A stretch of 52,734 nucleotides of DNA from UHGV virus genome UHGV-0124967. One strand, written 5' to 3'. A program made the translations under genes and the position numbers. The notes below the pieces were generated by a model. It had not been told where the DNA came from, searched no databases, and saw only the letters and a list, made by a program, of their open reading frames with translations. The stretch comes from a virus. Below, piece by piece: positions 18,549 through 27,813 of the stretch (position 1 is its first letter; the number at the start of each line of letters is the position of its first letter).

Positions 18549-18977
18549 TTAAGCAACGCGAACGCGGATAAAATCTTCCGCCCCCAGGGTTACGTCTTCC
18601 TGGCAGTATGCGATGATCGGATCTGGCGCTGCCTGTTCACTTGGCACAGCAAACAGTTTCACCCCGTCGGCTGCGAGAGCAATAGCTGCACCCTTAACAT
18701 AAGCGGCTGCAGGAACAAGGAGAGCAAACTCTCGGCCCTGTTCCACATAATCAGCAACAACAGTTTCATTTGCAGCGATTGCATCAGTAATGGTTTTGCC
18801 TTCGTGGAATGCCGGGTTGACGATGTACAACTGAGCTGCACCGACATCAGCACTGGTTGCTTTTGCAAACTTACCTTTGTCCAGTTTTACCAGTTCACCT
18901 GGTTTTACTGCGACCTTAGCAGTGTAGGTTTCGGTAATGGATTTACCATCAATATTTACACGACGAAAACGAGACAT
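18549..18977 (-). CDS. head decoration protein
   Basis: 142 aa, GGAGGG RBS, Ala/Val-rich, directly upstream of capsid. Confidence 0.6.
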   Translation of the reverse strand: MSRFRRVNIDGKSITETYTAKVAVKPGELVKLDKGKFAKATSADVGAAQLYIVNPAFHEGKTITDAIAANETVVADYVEQGREFALLVPAAAYVKGAAIALAADGVKLFAVPSEQAAPDPIIAYCQEDVTLGAEDFIRVRVA

Positions 18978-18991
18978 TGTATTCCCTCCAG

Positions 18992-20281
18992 TTAGAAATA
19001 AGTGTTAAAGTCAGGGACTTCGCCTTTTTTGTTTTCACTTGCTGTGTTGGCGGCTAGCGGAGTTGCTTTACCCAGGGATTTAAACATTGCCTCTAATGCT
19101 TCACCGCTTAATGCGTTAGCAACAATTTCGCCGTGAACTTTTGCTACTGCGGCGCGTTTTTCTGCTACTTCTTTATTTGCGTTTGCTGCAATTTCTTCTT
19201 TAATTGCTTTCTGGTTGGTCTGTAATTCTTCTTGGTTGGTCTGCAATTCTTTTACGCTTGCCTGTACTGGTTTTAATGCCTCTGCTACTGCATTAGCGAT
19301 ATTGGCGGCTAAGCCTTCGTTAATTTCTTTTACCAGTTCGGCGCGTTCTTCTTTTGTCAAAGGCATGGGATCGTCCTCCGATTTATTGGCCTTAATTTTT
19401 TCATTCAGGGAGAAAAGATTAGAAAGGTGTTCAGCGAACTGAGCAAACCATGATTTACTTTCCTCGTTGGTTGCAAGCTCGCCATTATTGATAATAATTT
19501 TATCAGCCTGTTTTTCGTAGTTGTATCTTTCCGCACGGTTTTCATTAGTGGCGATCGTCACCTCTCTATCAGTGAAGTCCACCACGTATACGTAATCAGC
19601 GTCAGGGAACATTTCCCGCGCGGCAGCGGTTAACTGTTTTTCAAGTGTGCGATAGCTATTTTCTTTCATTGCCACCGCCATTAACGGCTTCGCCTGGTCG
19701 GTATTAACCATTAAGCCTACGCCCTGTTCCGGCGAAGCGGCTGGCGGCTCATGCAGCAAGATAGCGTCATGGTCGATCGACATGATTTTCACTACATGGT
19801 CAGCACCCTGGGCTTTCATTTTTTCGGTGGCTGGCATACGCTGGCGATATACAGCGACGGACGACCAGATAGGATCTTTGCTTTCTCCTTTCTCCAGTGC
19901 TTCCAGTCGGGCTAATAATTCGCGGCCCTGGCTTGAATGGCTGGCGGTTTCCACATCCACCCATTTTTCCACATAAACACGGTTGCCGCGTAACTCAACG
20001 TTTCTGTTCCACGCACCACAAAAACCCGTGTTTAATCCTTCCGGGCTAAATGCTGAAACAAATTTACCGTCAACGGTAGGATGGCCCAGCGGGGCAAGCG
20101 TACCCTCCAGTGACTGGTAATTAGCGATAATTTCAGCTTCCGGGTAATATTCCCGGTTCATTACGATGTTAAAGGGTAACGTGTAGGACGGAACAACAAT
20201 ATGTTCCCGCCCGTTATACGTTTCCCGGCGTATGGTATTAGCGGTTAATTTGGTATTAACCTGAATTAATTCTTTACTCAC
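18992..20281 (-). CDS. putative prohead protease / scaffold protein
   Basis: Likely GTG start at 20281 with GGGAG 8 nt upstream (track ORF begins at TTG 20296); C-terminal half is coiled-coil scaffold-like with ELQTNQEELQTNQK repeat. Confidence 0.55.
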   Translation of the reverse strand: MSKELIQVNTKLTANTIRRETYNGREHIVVPSYTLPFNIVMNREYYPEAEIIANYQSLEGTLAPLGHPTVDGKFVSAFSPEGLNTGFCGAWNRNVELRGNRVYVEKWVDVETASHSSQGRELLARLEALEKGESKDPIWSSVAVYRQRMPATEKMKAQGADHVVKIMSIDHDAILLHEPPAASPEQGVGLMVNTDQAKPLMAVAMKENSYRTLEKQLTAAAREMFPDADYVYVVDFTDREVTIATNENRAERYNYEKQADKIIINNGELATNEESKSWFAQFAEHLSNLFSLNEKIKANKSEDDPMPLTKEERAELVKEINEGLAANIANAVAEALKPVQASVKELQTNQEELQTNQKAIKEEIAANANKEVAEKRAAVAKVHGEIVANALSGEALEAMFKSLGKATPLAANTASENKKGEVPDFNTYF

Positions 20282-20286
20282 GGTTT

Positions 20287-21231
20287 TTACTCCCAATCTT
20301 CGCCATATTTAGCGTGCGCAACTTTATAGTTTTCTTGCGCCCGATCTAATATTCGTTCGTTTAATATGTTACCGTCTTCGTCAACTAATACGGTAATCGT
20401 GCTACATTTGCAGTTAATTGAATTAGGGGATCTACTCCACCATTCGCGCTGCTCATCTATGGTGTATGTTTTACCGTGCCGCTGCGCGTGCGATAGCCTG
20501 GTAGTCGGTGATAATGCCGAAATGTGCATTTGCATAGTGCGCAGATTAAATTCTTCTGTCGCCGCTTCTGCCTCATCCATACGCGCTGTGCGTAACGCTG
20601 TGCATATTTCAGTTCGGGCAATACGTTTGCACCTGTATAGCGGTAACCGCGTCTCCTGATTCAATGTGCGCGCTATTTCCAGTGGATTTAAACCGCGTGC
20701 CATACCTTCGGTTAATCTTCTTGCCATATCCTTTTTGATCTGTGCGGTCAGCCCGCGCATTTCCTCAAATACACGGGTACGTACCAGGGCAAGGCGGGTG
20801 CGGTAAGTTGTGCTTGATAACACGGCAGATACATCAGGGTAGGCGCTTGAGTACGTGACAGACTGGTTAGCGAGGTTGGCATATTCCTGTGCCGTGCCGC
20901 GCTGATAGGCCACCTTCACGTAATTCTGCCAGAACCAGAAGTTTTCCGGGTCTGTTAACTCGAATATCTCATCAATCATGTCGCTTGCGTCCTCCAGCAT
21001 GTCGTGAAATTCATCCATGTAAATCTGAAAGGTGTATTTCTTATTAACAGCCAGGCTATATTGGATTCTGTCCAATATGGCGATATATGGATCGGCTACT
21101 TTTTTCAGGCAGGATTTGAAACGCTTAATAGCACCAGACCTTAACTTCCCTGTCATGGTCGGGTCTTCGGTGTTAGATGGCATTATCGCGGCTGGAGGTA
21201 TTCGCCTGATTATCTTCTTCACTTTCATCAT
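20287..21231 (-). CDS. head morphogenesis protein (Mu F / SPP1 gp7-like)
   Basis: 314 aa downstream of portal; start ambiguous (21231, or 21183 which reduces overlap with portal). Confidence 0.7.
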   Translation of the reverse strand: MMKVKKIIRRIPPAAIMPSNTEDPTMTGKLRSGAIKRFKSCLKKVADPYIAILDRIQYSLAVNKKYTFQIYMDEFHDMLEDASDMIDEIFELTDPENFWFWQNYVKVAYQRGTAQEYANLANQSVTYSSAYPDVSAVLSSTTYRTRLALVRTRVFEEMRGLTAQIKKDMARRLTEGMARGLNPLEIARTLNQETRLPLYRCKRIARTEICTALRTARMDEAEAATEEFNLRTMQMHISALSPTTRLSHAQRHGKTYTIDEQREWWSRSPNSINCKCSTITVLVDEDGNILNERILDRAQENYKVAHAKYGEDWE

Positions 21232-22543
21232 CGTTTTCCTCTTCCAGTTCTACCTCACTAGCCGGGCCATTATATCCGGCAGCTTCGCGGATCTCGTCAC
21301 CGCTGAATATTTCCTCACCAGTAGCGAGACATGCCTGATTGATTTGTGCCATTTTGTATGCCGCGTCGAGTAGCTCTGCTTTTGTCATGGCGTTAAGGTC
21401 GTCCCACAGTACAGATACGTCTACTGGCATACTGATAAGGCGGAGATCTGCCATCTTGAGGAATAGCTCCTCAAGCTCGCCTCCTATTTCCTCACGGCGG
21501 GTCATGCAGCGGTTATTGAAGTAGCGGAGGTCTTCGGTTGATGCGCGTTCGCCCTGCTGATTCCCAACCAGGATACGCGTTGGAATATCGATACCAGCGG
21601 CTGCGGTTTGCAGGTTGACGTCATAGGTAGCGGAAGGATCTGCTACGGCAGTAACCAGCGGGCTAACGGTAGCTCCCTGTAATGCCATCATCACATCATT
21701 ACCTTTATTTATATCCTCTGCCGCTTCATTGAATTTTTCGCGTAGCTCTGTAACGTCGCAACCGTATGTTGCAGCCAGAGAACGGAAATCAATTTCTTTA
21801 TCGAACGAGATAGCCAGTTGACGTGCTGCGTTTTTCAGGAATGATTCACCGCTGCCGCCTTCCACTTTCTCCAGCGAAACGAATGCGTTATAGGACGGTT
21901 CAAGGAAGGCGATGGCATCATCAGAATAGTCGCCAAAGATAAATATGCGATCGGGATGTATCTTTCTTGCTATGGCCTTACTGTTAATGCGCTCCTTGTA
22001 TTCCCACCATGTCGGCAGGCCATAGTTTTCATTATCCGGGTTTTCTTCGAAGTCCTTCGGTGTAAGAGCACCAGCCCATACAGGGGTAAATTTGGCAATG
22101 CCTACACCTTTTGTTACTGGCTGATCCCACGGCTTGTTATCCCTGACGTGAATTAACAGTCCAGCATAACGACCGATGAGGCGGCGGCGATCGCATTCAG
22201 CTATGACGCGCCAGAAACGATTATCAAATTGTTTTTTGATTTCTCTTTCCCACGATGTTTCATTTTCCGCTTTCTCGTCTTCCGTACCTTCAATCAGCGT
22301 TGGCCTGGTGCGCCAGCACGTAGTAATGATCTTCTCAATAGCACCGTGAGCGATACCACCGCGACGATACAGTTTGTATAAATCGGCATAGGTGATTTCT
22401 TCTTTGAATCCGTATTCACTCCACGCAGCATCACGTTTTGCATCAATACCCATTGAGAATGGGTTAGCAGCTGCATAGCGGGCAAAGGCCGCCTGGCGTT
22501 GAGACAAGGCAGCATTAACCGCCAATTCTAAATTGGATGGCAT
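21173..22543 (-). CDS. portal protein
   Basis: ATG 22543 with AGGAG RBS (track ORF starts 22564); acidic C-terminus; between TerL and head morphogenesis gene. Confidence 0.7.
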   Translation of the reverse strand: MPSNLELAVNAALSQRQAAFARYAAANPFSMGIDAKRDAAWSEYGFKEEITYADLYKLYRRGGIAHGAIEKIITTCWRTRPTLIEGTEDEKAENETSWEREIKKQFDNRFWRVIAECDRRRLIGRYAGLLIHVRDNKPWDQPVTKGVGIAKFTPVWAGALTPKDFEENPDNENYGLPTWWEYKERINSKAIARKIHPDRIFIFGDYSDDAIAFLEPSYNAFVSLEKVEGGSGESFLKNAARQLAISFDKEIDFRSLAATYGCDVTELREKFNEAAEDINKGNDVMMALQGATVSPLVTAVADPSATYDVNLQTAAAGIDIPTRILVGNQQGERASTEDLRYFNNRCMTRREEIGGELEELFLKMADLRLISMPVDVSVLWDDLNAMTKAELLDAAYKMAQINQACLATGEEIFSGDEIREAAGYNGPASEVELEEENDDESEEDNQANTSSRDNAI

Positions 22544-22691
22544 AATGTTTACTCCTGAATACATGTTTACGCGTTGCTACGCGAAAAATAGAAAAACTTG
22601 TGGGGGATTGTGAGACAGATTTTATGTAGCCAATTGAGAATTATTCTTGTTCATCTTCGAAAATTTTTCGAAGTTGATAATAATCAATAAC

Positions 22692-24206
22692 TTAAAATAC
22701 GCGCAGGCGTTTAGGTAACATAAGACCCATCGCCTGTGGTTGGCTTAATTCAGTGATCCCCCATACCATCGCATCCATACGGTCAGGGGATTTTTTAGCG
22801 GTAGCTGGCACATATTCCATCATTTGATTTTCCAGCGTGTACAGGCTGCCAGTGTGGGCTACCCTACCCTGTGCATACAATGCAGATATTGGTTCGGCGC
22901 GGGCAAATTTACCCTTGCTTGCGTGCACCTTAACAATGCGGCCCTTAAATCCTGCATTGCGTAGTGTGGCCTCTGCCATATCACCACCCTGGTTGGTTTC
23001 GATAACCATCGCGTCAGCTTCATGGATGTTGTAGGCGTTCATTGCTGCTTGCGCCCAGTCATTAGGTGACATGCGGCCTGAATAGTCACCGTCTACTGAA
23101 TACTGAGCATTCTTGCCACCACCATAAGCGGAACAGGCTACAATCCCTGTTTCGTCTGACTCATCAGATGATGTTGTCGCCGGGTCGATGGCTATCACCG
23201 TGCGAATTTTCTCCTGCGTTATCTGCATCCTGTGCGCGGCGGTTATCATCGCTTCAGTCCACAATGCGCCCTCTTGATCGAACTTGCGCGGACACTGCAT
23301 ATATTGAGCTTCGAATGTTCGGCGATGTGATTTAAGAGTTGATTCATCTTTATCACTATGCTTATGCAACCATAGCCAGCCATCCGGCAGGTTGTGAGGA
23401 ACAGGAATAGCAAATTTGTTTTCCGGGTACAGATCCCAATAGTCAAGACTGTTGTCGATCTTCACTGGCAGGCAAAGGTGATGCCATTTCTCACCACTAC
23501 CGCCACGTAACAGGTAGCCGGATAAATCATCGTAGTGGATACGCTGCATGATGACGATCACTGGCGTTGTTTGCACAGCCAGGCGCGAAGAAAGCGTGTC
23601 GTTGTAATTGGTATTAACCTGCTTTCGCACCACATCAGAATAAGCGTCAGCTGGTTTCAGGGGGTCATCAATAATCATTGCGCCGTTAAACCCAGGTTCC
23701 ATGTACCCGGCGCGGAACCCTGTCACCTGTCCAAGCGATGACGTCGCATACACGCCGCCACCCTGAGTGGTCCACCACAGGTTTTTCGCGTTCGAATCGT
23801 TGCGCATTTGCATAGGCCACAATTCCTGATATTGCGGCATCGTGATTATGTTTCTTGTCTCTGAGGAATTAAGCAAGGCGAGTCCGTGTGAATACGATAC
23901 ATGCAGGAATCTGGTGCGGGGTTCTATTGCGAGGCAGCGGGCCATCATGTGAATTGTGGCAATCATTGTTTTGCCATAGCCCGGTGGGATGTTGATTATC
24001 AACCTGGTGATTTCACCATTAATAACTCGTTGTAGCGTATCGGCAATTATTCTGTGATGACGCCCAACCAAAAAGTCCTTGCCAACCTGTTGCTTATAAA
24101 AGTAGGAACTAAAAAACAAAGGTGCTGATATGTCTTTGGGAGCACAACCTTTAACACACAACCCCCTTAGAACCTCTCTGTCAATCTTTGTCGTCGCAGT
24201 CTCCAT
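22692..24206 (-). CDS. terL: terminase large subunit
   Basis: 504 aa; Walker A PPGYGKT; overlaps TerS end by 26 nt. Confidence 0.9.
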   Translation of the reverse strand: METATTKIDREVLRGLCVKGCAPKDISAPLFFSSYFYKQQVGKDFLVGRHHRIIADTLQRVINGEITRLIINIPPGYGKTMIATIHMMARCLAIEPRTRFLHVSYSHGLALLNSSETRNIITMPQYQELWPMQMRNDSNAKNLWWTTQGGGVYATSSLGQVTGFRAGYMEPGFNGAMIIDDPLKPADAYSDVVRKQVNTNYNDTLSSRLAVQTTPVIVIMQRIHYDDLSGYLLRGGSGEKWHHLCLPVKIDNSLDYWDLYPENKFAIPVPHNLPDGWLWLHKHSDKDESTLKSHRRTFEAQYMQCPRKFDQEGALWTEAMITAAHRMQITQEKIRTVIAIDPATTSSDESDETGIVACSAYGGGKNAQYSVDGDYSGRMSPNDWAQAAMNAYNIHEADAMVIETNQGGDMAEATLRNAGFKGRIVKVHASKGKFARAEPISALYAQGRVAHTGSLYTLENQMMEYVPATAKKSPDRMDAMVWGITELSQPQAMGLMLPKRLRVF

Positions 24207-24696
24207 GAGTATTGTACTCCTTATTCAGGTTATCGATTATCTCAAGGACAGTAGTCTGATTTACTTCTACCTGGACGGGTGCTTCTTCCTTGTTACCGAC
24301 GATCTCTTGTGTGACGCGTTCGCCGTATTTGCGCGGCTGGAGTTTTGCCAGTAGCCACTTGCGTGTCTCAATCATCAGTTGATGGCGGCGCAATTGGTCC
24401 TTATCTGCGTTCTCTGCGGCATCAGCCAGATCGATGATTTCATCAGCCAACACCTCGAAGCCGATTTCCTTCGCGCGCGCGTACATGATCGAGAATTCCG
24501 GTACATCCCTAAACCATTTCAGAATTGTGGAACGGGTAGGCATACCAGGCATTTTAGATATTTGGTTAATGCTCTGACCGTCCGCCACCAGTTCGCAGAT
24601 CTCTAACGCTTTTTCTTCTGTATAACCATGCGGACGGCCCACCCTTTTTGCGGCTGGCTTTTTATCGTCAGCATTTGCCTTTTTAGTGCGGGCCAT
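24181..24696 (-). CDS. terS: terminase small subunit (HTH)
   Basis: 171 aa; basic N-terminus and HTH-like segment; GAGAGGTGA RBS; directly upstream of TerL. Confidence 0.7.
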   Translation of the reverse strand: MARTKKANADDKKPAAKRVGRPHGYTEEKALEICELVADGQSINQISKMPGMPTRSTILKWFRDVPEFSIMYARAKEIGFEVLADEIIDLADAAENADKDQLRRHQLMIETRKWLLAKLQPRKYGERVTQEIVGNKEEAPVQVEVNQTTVLEIIDNLNKEYNTHGDCDDKD

Positions 24697-24843
24697 AATT
24701 CACCTCTCAATATTTATTGATGATATATACGCAAGCTACAAAACTTGCGCAGTATGTTAAAACTTCCAACCAGTCGAACAGCTCTTTCATTGTTTACCTT
24801 TATGCGAAGAAAACGATAACGACTAACAACGTGCATTAGGCGT

Positions 24844-24939
24844 TCATAATTTACTCTTTACGGTTATCAGCGCAGCAATGACAAAACACACCAGAAATAC
24901 AGAAACACCGATTAGTCCGGCGATGATGTTCTCATCCAT
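24844..24939 (-). CDS. putative small membrane peptide, 31 aa
   Basis: MDENIIAGLIGVSVFLVCFVIAALITVKSKL; ATG 24939 follows stop of the preceding peptide. Confidence 0.3.
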   Translation of the reverse strand: MDENIIAGLIGVSVFLVCFVIAALITVKSKL

Positions 24940-24943
24940 AATA

Positions 24944-25012
24944 TTAATGCCCGTATATCAAGATCACAGCGGCAGCAATACCAACAAATACGCCTAACAG
25001 AAAAGTAAACAT
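24944..25012 (-). CDS. putative small membrane peptide, 22 aa
   Basis: MFTFLLGVFVGIAAAVILIYGH; ATG 25012 with GAGGG RBS, 2 nt after the stop of the HExxH gene. Confidence 0.3.
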   Translation of the reverse strand: MFTFLLGVFVGIAAAVILIYGH

Positions 25013-25014
25013 AA

Positions 25015-25557
25015 TCACCCTCGTTTAAAGCTCATTACGCGCGGCACATACGCCTCTTTTGATTTCGGCTTACGTTTGCCTTTCTTCGCGGGTTTTTCTT
25101 CTTCCTTCGGCTGTTCTGCCTGGTCCATCGCCTGATCTACTACTTCTGCCGCCTGCATTGCTGCAACCTGTGCTTCGTTTGATTCTGCTAGGATAGGGAA
25201 AAACGCATCGAAGATACGGCCTACCATGTAAGCGTAAGTCTCATTCGCCGGATGGGTAGGATCCGTGGTAGCCACGACGCCTACATCACTTAAAACGTGG
25301 AATGTAGTGTGGGCGCATTCATGGACCAGCGTTCCCAACTCATTGTCGAATACTGCGATCACGTAGAAGTTACCACCATTCTCGCCAGTGCAAGTAAGCG
25401 TTAATCCACCAGCCAACTCGAAATCAGGTTCAATCGGAATTCCTGCCTTTTCGCAAAATTCATAGAACATCTCGCGGGTCGGGCAAAAGAAAACGGTTGT
25501 ATGCTCAAAGAGTGGGATCTTAAATTGAGGCAATTTAATGCCTTTAGCCTTAGCCAT
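25015..25557 (-). CDS. hypothetical protein with HExxH motif and lysine-rich C-terminal tail
   Basis: 180 aa; AGGAG RBS; LVHECAHTTFH suggests a zinc-metallopeptidase-like site; tail KEEEKPAKKGKRKPKSKE. Confidence 0.55.
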   Translation of the reverse strand: MAKAKGIKLPQFKIPLFEHTTVFFCPTREMFYEFCEKAGIPIEPDFELAGGLTLTCTGENGGNFYVIAVFDNELGTLVHECAHTTFHVLSDVGVVATTDPTHPANETYAYMVGRIFDAFFPILAESNEAQVAAMQAAEVVDQAMDQAEQPKEEEKPAKKGKRKPKSKEAYVPRVMSFKRG

Positions 25558-25836
25558 CAGAATAATCTCCTATTCTGAAAAATATAACCCCCGCAAAACT
25601 CGACACCGCAGGGAGTGAAAACAGTTATAAAACACTGAAAACGGCGCTTCATCAGTACCGTTTCCAGAATTTTATAAAATTGGTGAATGGCGCTTTCTTC
25701 TACCCAGGTAGCGCCTGACCTGTTAATGGGACTGTTGATCCGGTATTACGTGTTTTTGACTATTCCGCCGTCGCTCGCGGGAAGGATTGGCCCGGTTATG
25801 GCTGGCTGACAGAAACGGCGACACGTCCACGCGCTG

Positions 25837-26307
25837 CTATTCTTTGCGTAAACACTGAGTTTTGATGTAGTCCTGTAGGCCAGTGATCTGTGCGTCTTTC
25901 TCTTTTAGTTGTTCTCTGAGGGATAGATAAGATTGTCTAGCAGTGGCATCAAGCTCGCAGGTGGCTCCATCAATGCGGCTGGCGGTCGCGGCGGGGTCGG
26001 ACACTCGCACGGGTATTGCGTTGACGCGCAACCGGATAGTACCGTTATCAATGCCAGTGCGCAGATCGGCAATGTCAGATCTGATAGCTTTAATCTCATC
26101 GTGATACCTCTTATCAAGTTTTGACAGTTCGGCGTTTCGCTCCTTCATCTGCTGAATAGTGTTACTTGCCGTTTTCAGTGCGCCTTTCGTTACCGTGACT
26201 TCTTCCTGTAACCTTGCCGCCTCACCATGGTAATAACATGTTACGGCGGTCAGTCCGGCAATAATGCAAACAACAGCGGCGATGATTAACGTCTTCACCT
26301 TGTCCAT
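25837..26307 (-). CDS. Rz: i-spanin Rz
   Basis: 156 aa; N-terminal TM segment then coiled coil; directly downstream of endolysin. Confidence 0.8.
   Translation of the reverse strand: MDKVKTLIIAAVVCIIAGLTAVTCYYHGEAARLQEEVTVTKGALKTASNTIQQMKERNAELSKLDKRYHDEIKAIRSDIADLRTGIDNGTIRLRVNAIPVRVSDPAATASRIDGATCELDATARQSYLSLREQLKEKDAQITGLQDYIKTQCLRKE
25905..26099 (-). CDS. Rz1: o-spanin Rz1 (lipoprotein embedded in Rz, +1 frame)
   Basis: First ATG 26099; lipobox LSGC; Pro-rich mature part; entirely inside Rz. Confidence 0.7.
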   Translation of the reverse strand: MRLKLSDLTLPICALALITVLSGCASTQYPCECPTPPRPPAALMEPPASLMPLLDNLIYPSENN

Positions 26308-26786
26308 GTTTCACCCCATTCGCAAACGGCATACTCAACATCACGGCGATTAATTAACCCTTGCCACTGCTTACCGCCAGCATATATCCAGCGTTTAAGC
26401 TGTGCGCACGCCTCTGATTTCTTACCGTCATTGAGTAGTTTTAATAAGGTTGATGTTTTGAAGTTGGTAGCGCCTACGTTATAGGCGAATGAATAAAGTG
26501 CTGCGCGGGTAAAATCTGATATTTCGACTTTGATATATGGGTCAATCGCTTTTGCGGTCTTGTGTAGATCTTTATTTAACAAAGCATCGCATTCTGATTG
26601 CGTGTAAGTCTTACCAAGCATGATGTCTTTTCCGACGTGTCCATAACATATCGTGTAAACACCGATGACATCTCTGTATGGCTTATACTCAACGCCTTCA
26701 AGATCTTTTATCATCACCGCCGCAATAGCGATCGCCCCACCAGCCGCCGCCGCAACAATCTTGTTTTTCAGCGATTGGCTAATCAT
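26295..26786 (-). CDS. SAR endolysin (T4-lysozyme-like)
   Basis: 163 aa; N-terminal Gly/Ala-rich weakly hydrophobic SAR segment then catalytic region [22 protein letters not shown]; close to phage 21 R as recalled. Confidence 0.9.
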   Translation of the reverse strand: MISQSLKNKIVAAAAGGAIAIAAVMIKDLEGVEYKPYRDVIGVYTICYGHVGKDIMLGKTYTQSECDALLNKDLHKTAKAIDPYIKVEISDFTRAALYSFAYNVGATNFKTSTLLKLLNDGKKSEACAQLKRWIYAGGKQWQGLINRRDVEYAVCEWGETWTR

Positions 26787-26987
26787 TTACTTATTCCCCA
26801 TTCGCGCGTCGTGTTCCTCTTGCGCCCGCTTGTTCTCCTGTGATTTGAAGTAATAATTAACGGCAAATGTGCCTACGGTTGATAAGATACCAACGAAAAC
26901 AGCGATGTCATTGATGGTTATCGCGCCGAAAAAAGCAGTTACGGCCCCAGTCACATACGCACACGCCTCACGTATTCTGTCGAACAT
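26787..26987 (-). CDS. class II holin (pinholin-like)
   Basis: 66 aa, two hydrophobic segments, charged C-terminus; directly upstream of SAR endolysin. Confidence 0.7.
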   Translation of the reverse strand: MFDRIREACAYVTGAVTAFFGAITINDIAVFVGILSTVGTFAVNYYFKSQENKRAQEEHDARMGNK

Positions 26988-26999
26988 GGATTTTCCTCC

Positions 27000-27028
27000 A
27001 ACAAAGCAAAACCCGGCGCGGGGCCGGG
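27000..27028 (-). terminator. intrinsic terminator in late leader (tR'-like)
   Basis: CCCGGC-GCGGG-GCCGGG hairpin followed on minus strand by T-rich TTTTGCTTTGTT, about 20 nt upstream of holin RBS. Confidence 0.5.
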
Positions 27029-27056
27029 TAATTACAATTTCGCATTGTTAGGAAAT

Positions 27057-27085
27057 ATTTTAATCTGTTTGTTTGCGCTCTACAA
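27057..27085 (-). promoter_or_regulatory. putative late promoter (pR'-like)
   Basis: Minus strand TTGTAG (27085..27080), 17 bp, TAAAAT (27062..27057); leader of about 50 nt ends in the hairpin above. Confidence 0.45.
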
Positions 27086-27093
27086 ATACGGCG

Positions 27094-27321
27094 TTAACGA
27101 TAAGGTCCAAGCAAACGAACAAGCCATTCTTTGTATTTGACGGCAACGTGTTTTGGTGCAAAATATCCTTGCACTTCCTTACCGCCTCGCCACTCCCTTC
27201 TAAATTCGCACTCGTTTTGATACTCCTTTCCGCTTTTACTATCCAGCCAGCAAGCAGGTGAGTAACCTTTTTCACTTCCGAACCGATGCCATATTGATGA
27301 CAGCAAAACCCTTTCTTCCAT
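27094..27321 (-). CDS. hypothetical protein, 75 aa
   Basis: ATG start; preferred over overlapping GTG-start ORF 27060..27275, which would overlap the predicted promoter. Confidence 0.5.
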   Translation of the reverse strand: MEERVLLSSIWHRFGSEKGYSPACWLDSKSGKEYQNECEFRREWRGGKEVQGYFAPKHVAVKYKEWLVRLLGPYR

Positions 27322-27486
27322 ATTACCCCAACAAATACGGCTTTACTGCTTTCTGTATATCAGGCCATTATCAAGCAATGTTTGCATGTGTTCGCGATCC
27401 ATGCCGCTTGATTCCCAATGTGGCCCAGGTATTCGCAACCAATCGTAAACCCAGGGTATTCGCCTTTACACCGGATTTTGTAAAGT

Positions 27487-27810
27487 TTATTTGATGCGCT
27501 CAATTTCCGACCCTCCACTTTCTGCTTCAGTGATTTTGTATTCTGCCGCCAGTTCAGCGCCAAGCAATTCCACTTCCATATTAGCGATACCGTGGAACAT
27601 CAGATAGGCAAAAACTAGGCTTTTAATTCTATCCGGGTCTTCAAGATGGTCTGCATTAAAAGGCGGTTCCGATATGTGGAAGCATTTAACATGCGCATCG
27701 TCTTCAGTGGCTACACGGAAACATGTGCCAGGTTGCCCGGCGAATTCCCCCCATCTTTCTTCGTTCGGTAAAGTACCACGGAAAACTTTAACGCTGATAA
27801 ATTTAGTCAT
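27487..27810 (-). CDS. hypothetical protein, 107 aa
   Basis: Track ORF with ATG start; part of co-directional small-gene array. Confidence 0.5.
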   Translation of the reverse strand: MTKFISVKVFRGTLPNEERWGEFAGQPGTCFRVATEDDAHVKCFHISEPPFNADHLEDPDRIKSLVFAYLMFHGIANMEVELLGAELAAEYKITEAESGGSEIERIK

Positions 27811-27813
27811 TGT

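Noticed and set aside
17283-18552. Plus-strand ORFs overlapping the capsid and adaptor genes (17283..17519, 17711..17965, 17938..18552, 18212..18415)
   Set aside because: Antisense shadows of the major capsid gene; no independent support.
20366-22515. Plus-strand and alternative-frame ORFs within head morphogenesis and portal genes (20366..20659, 21032..21373, 21339..21524, 21956..22156, 22294..22515)
   Set aside because: Overlap strongly supported structural genes on the other strand or frame.
27060-27275. Alternative 71-aa ORF overlapping 27094..27321 in another frame
   Set aside because: Starts at GTG, overlaps the predicted late promoter, and the ATG-start alternative is preferred; only one of the two can be real.
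27360-27563. 67-aa minus-strand ORF in the gap between 27321 and 27487
   Set aside because: Overlaps the 3' end of 27487..27810 by 77 nt in another frame with no internal alternative start.
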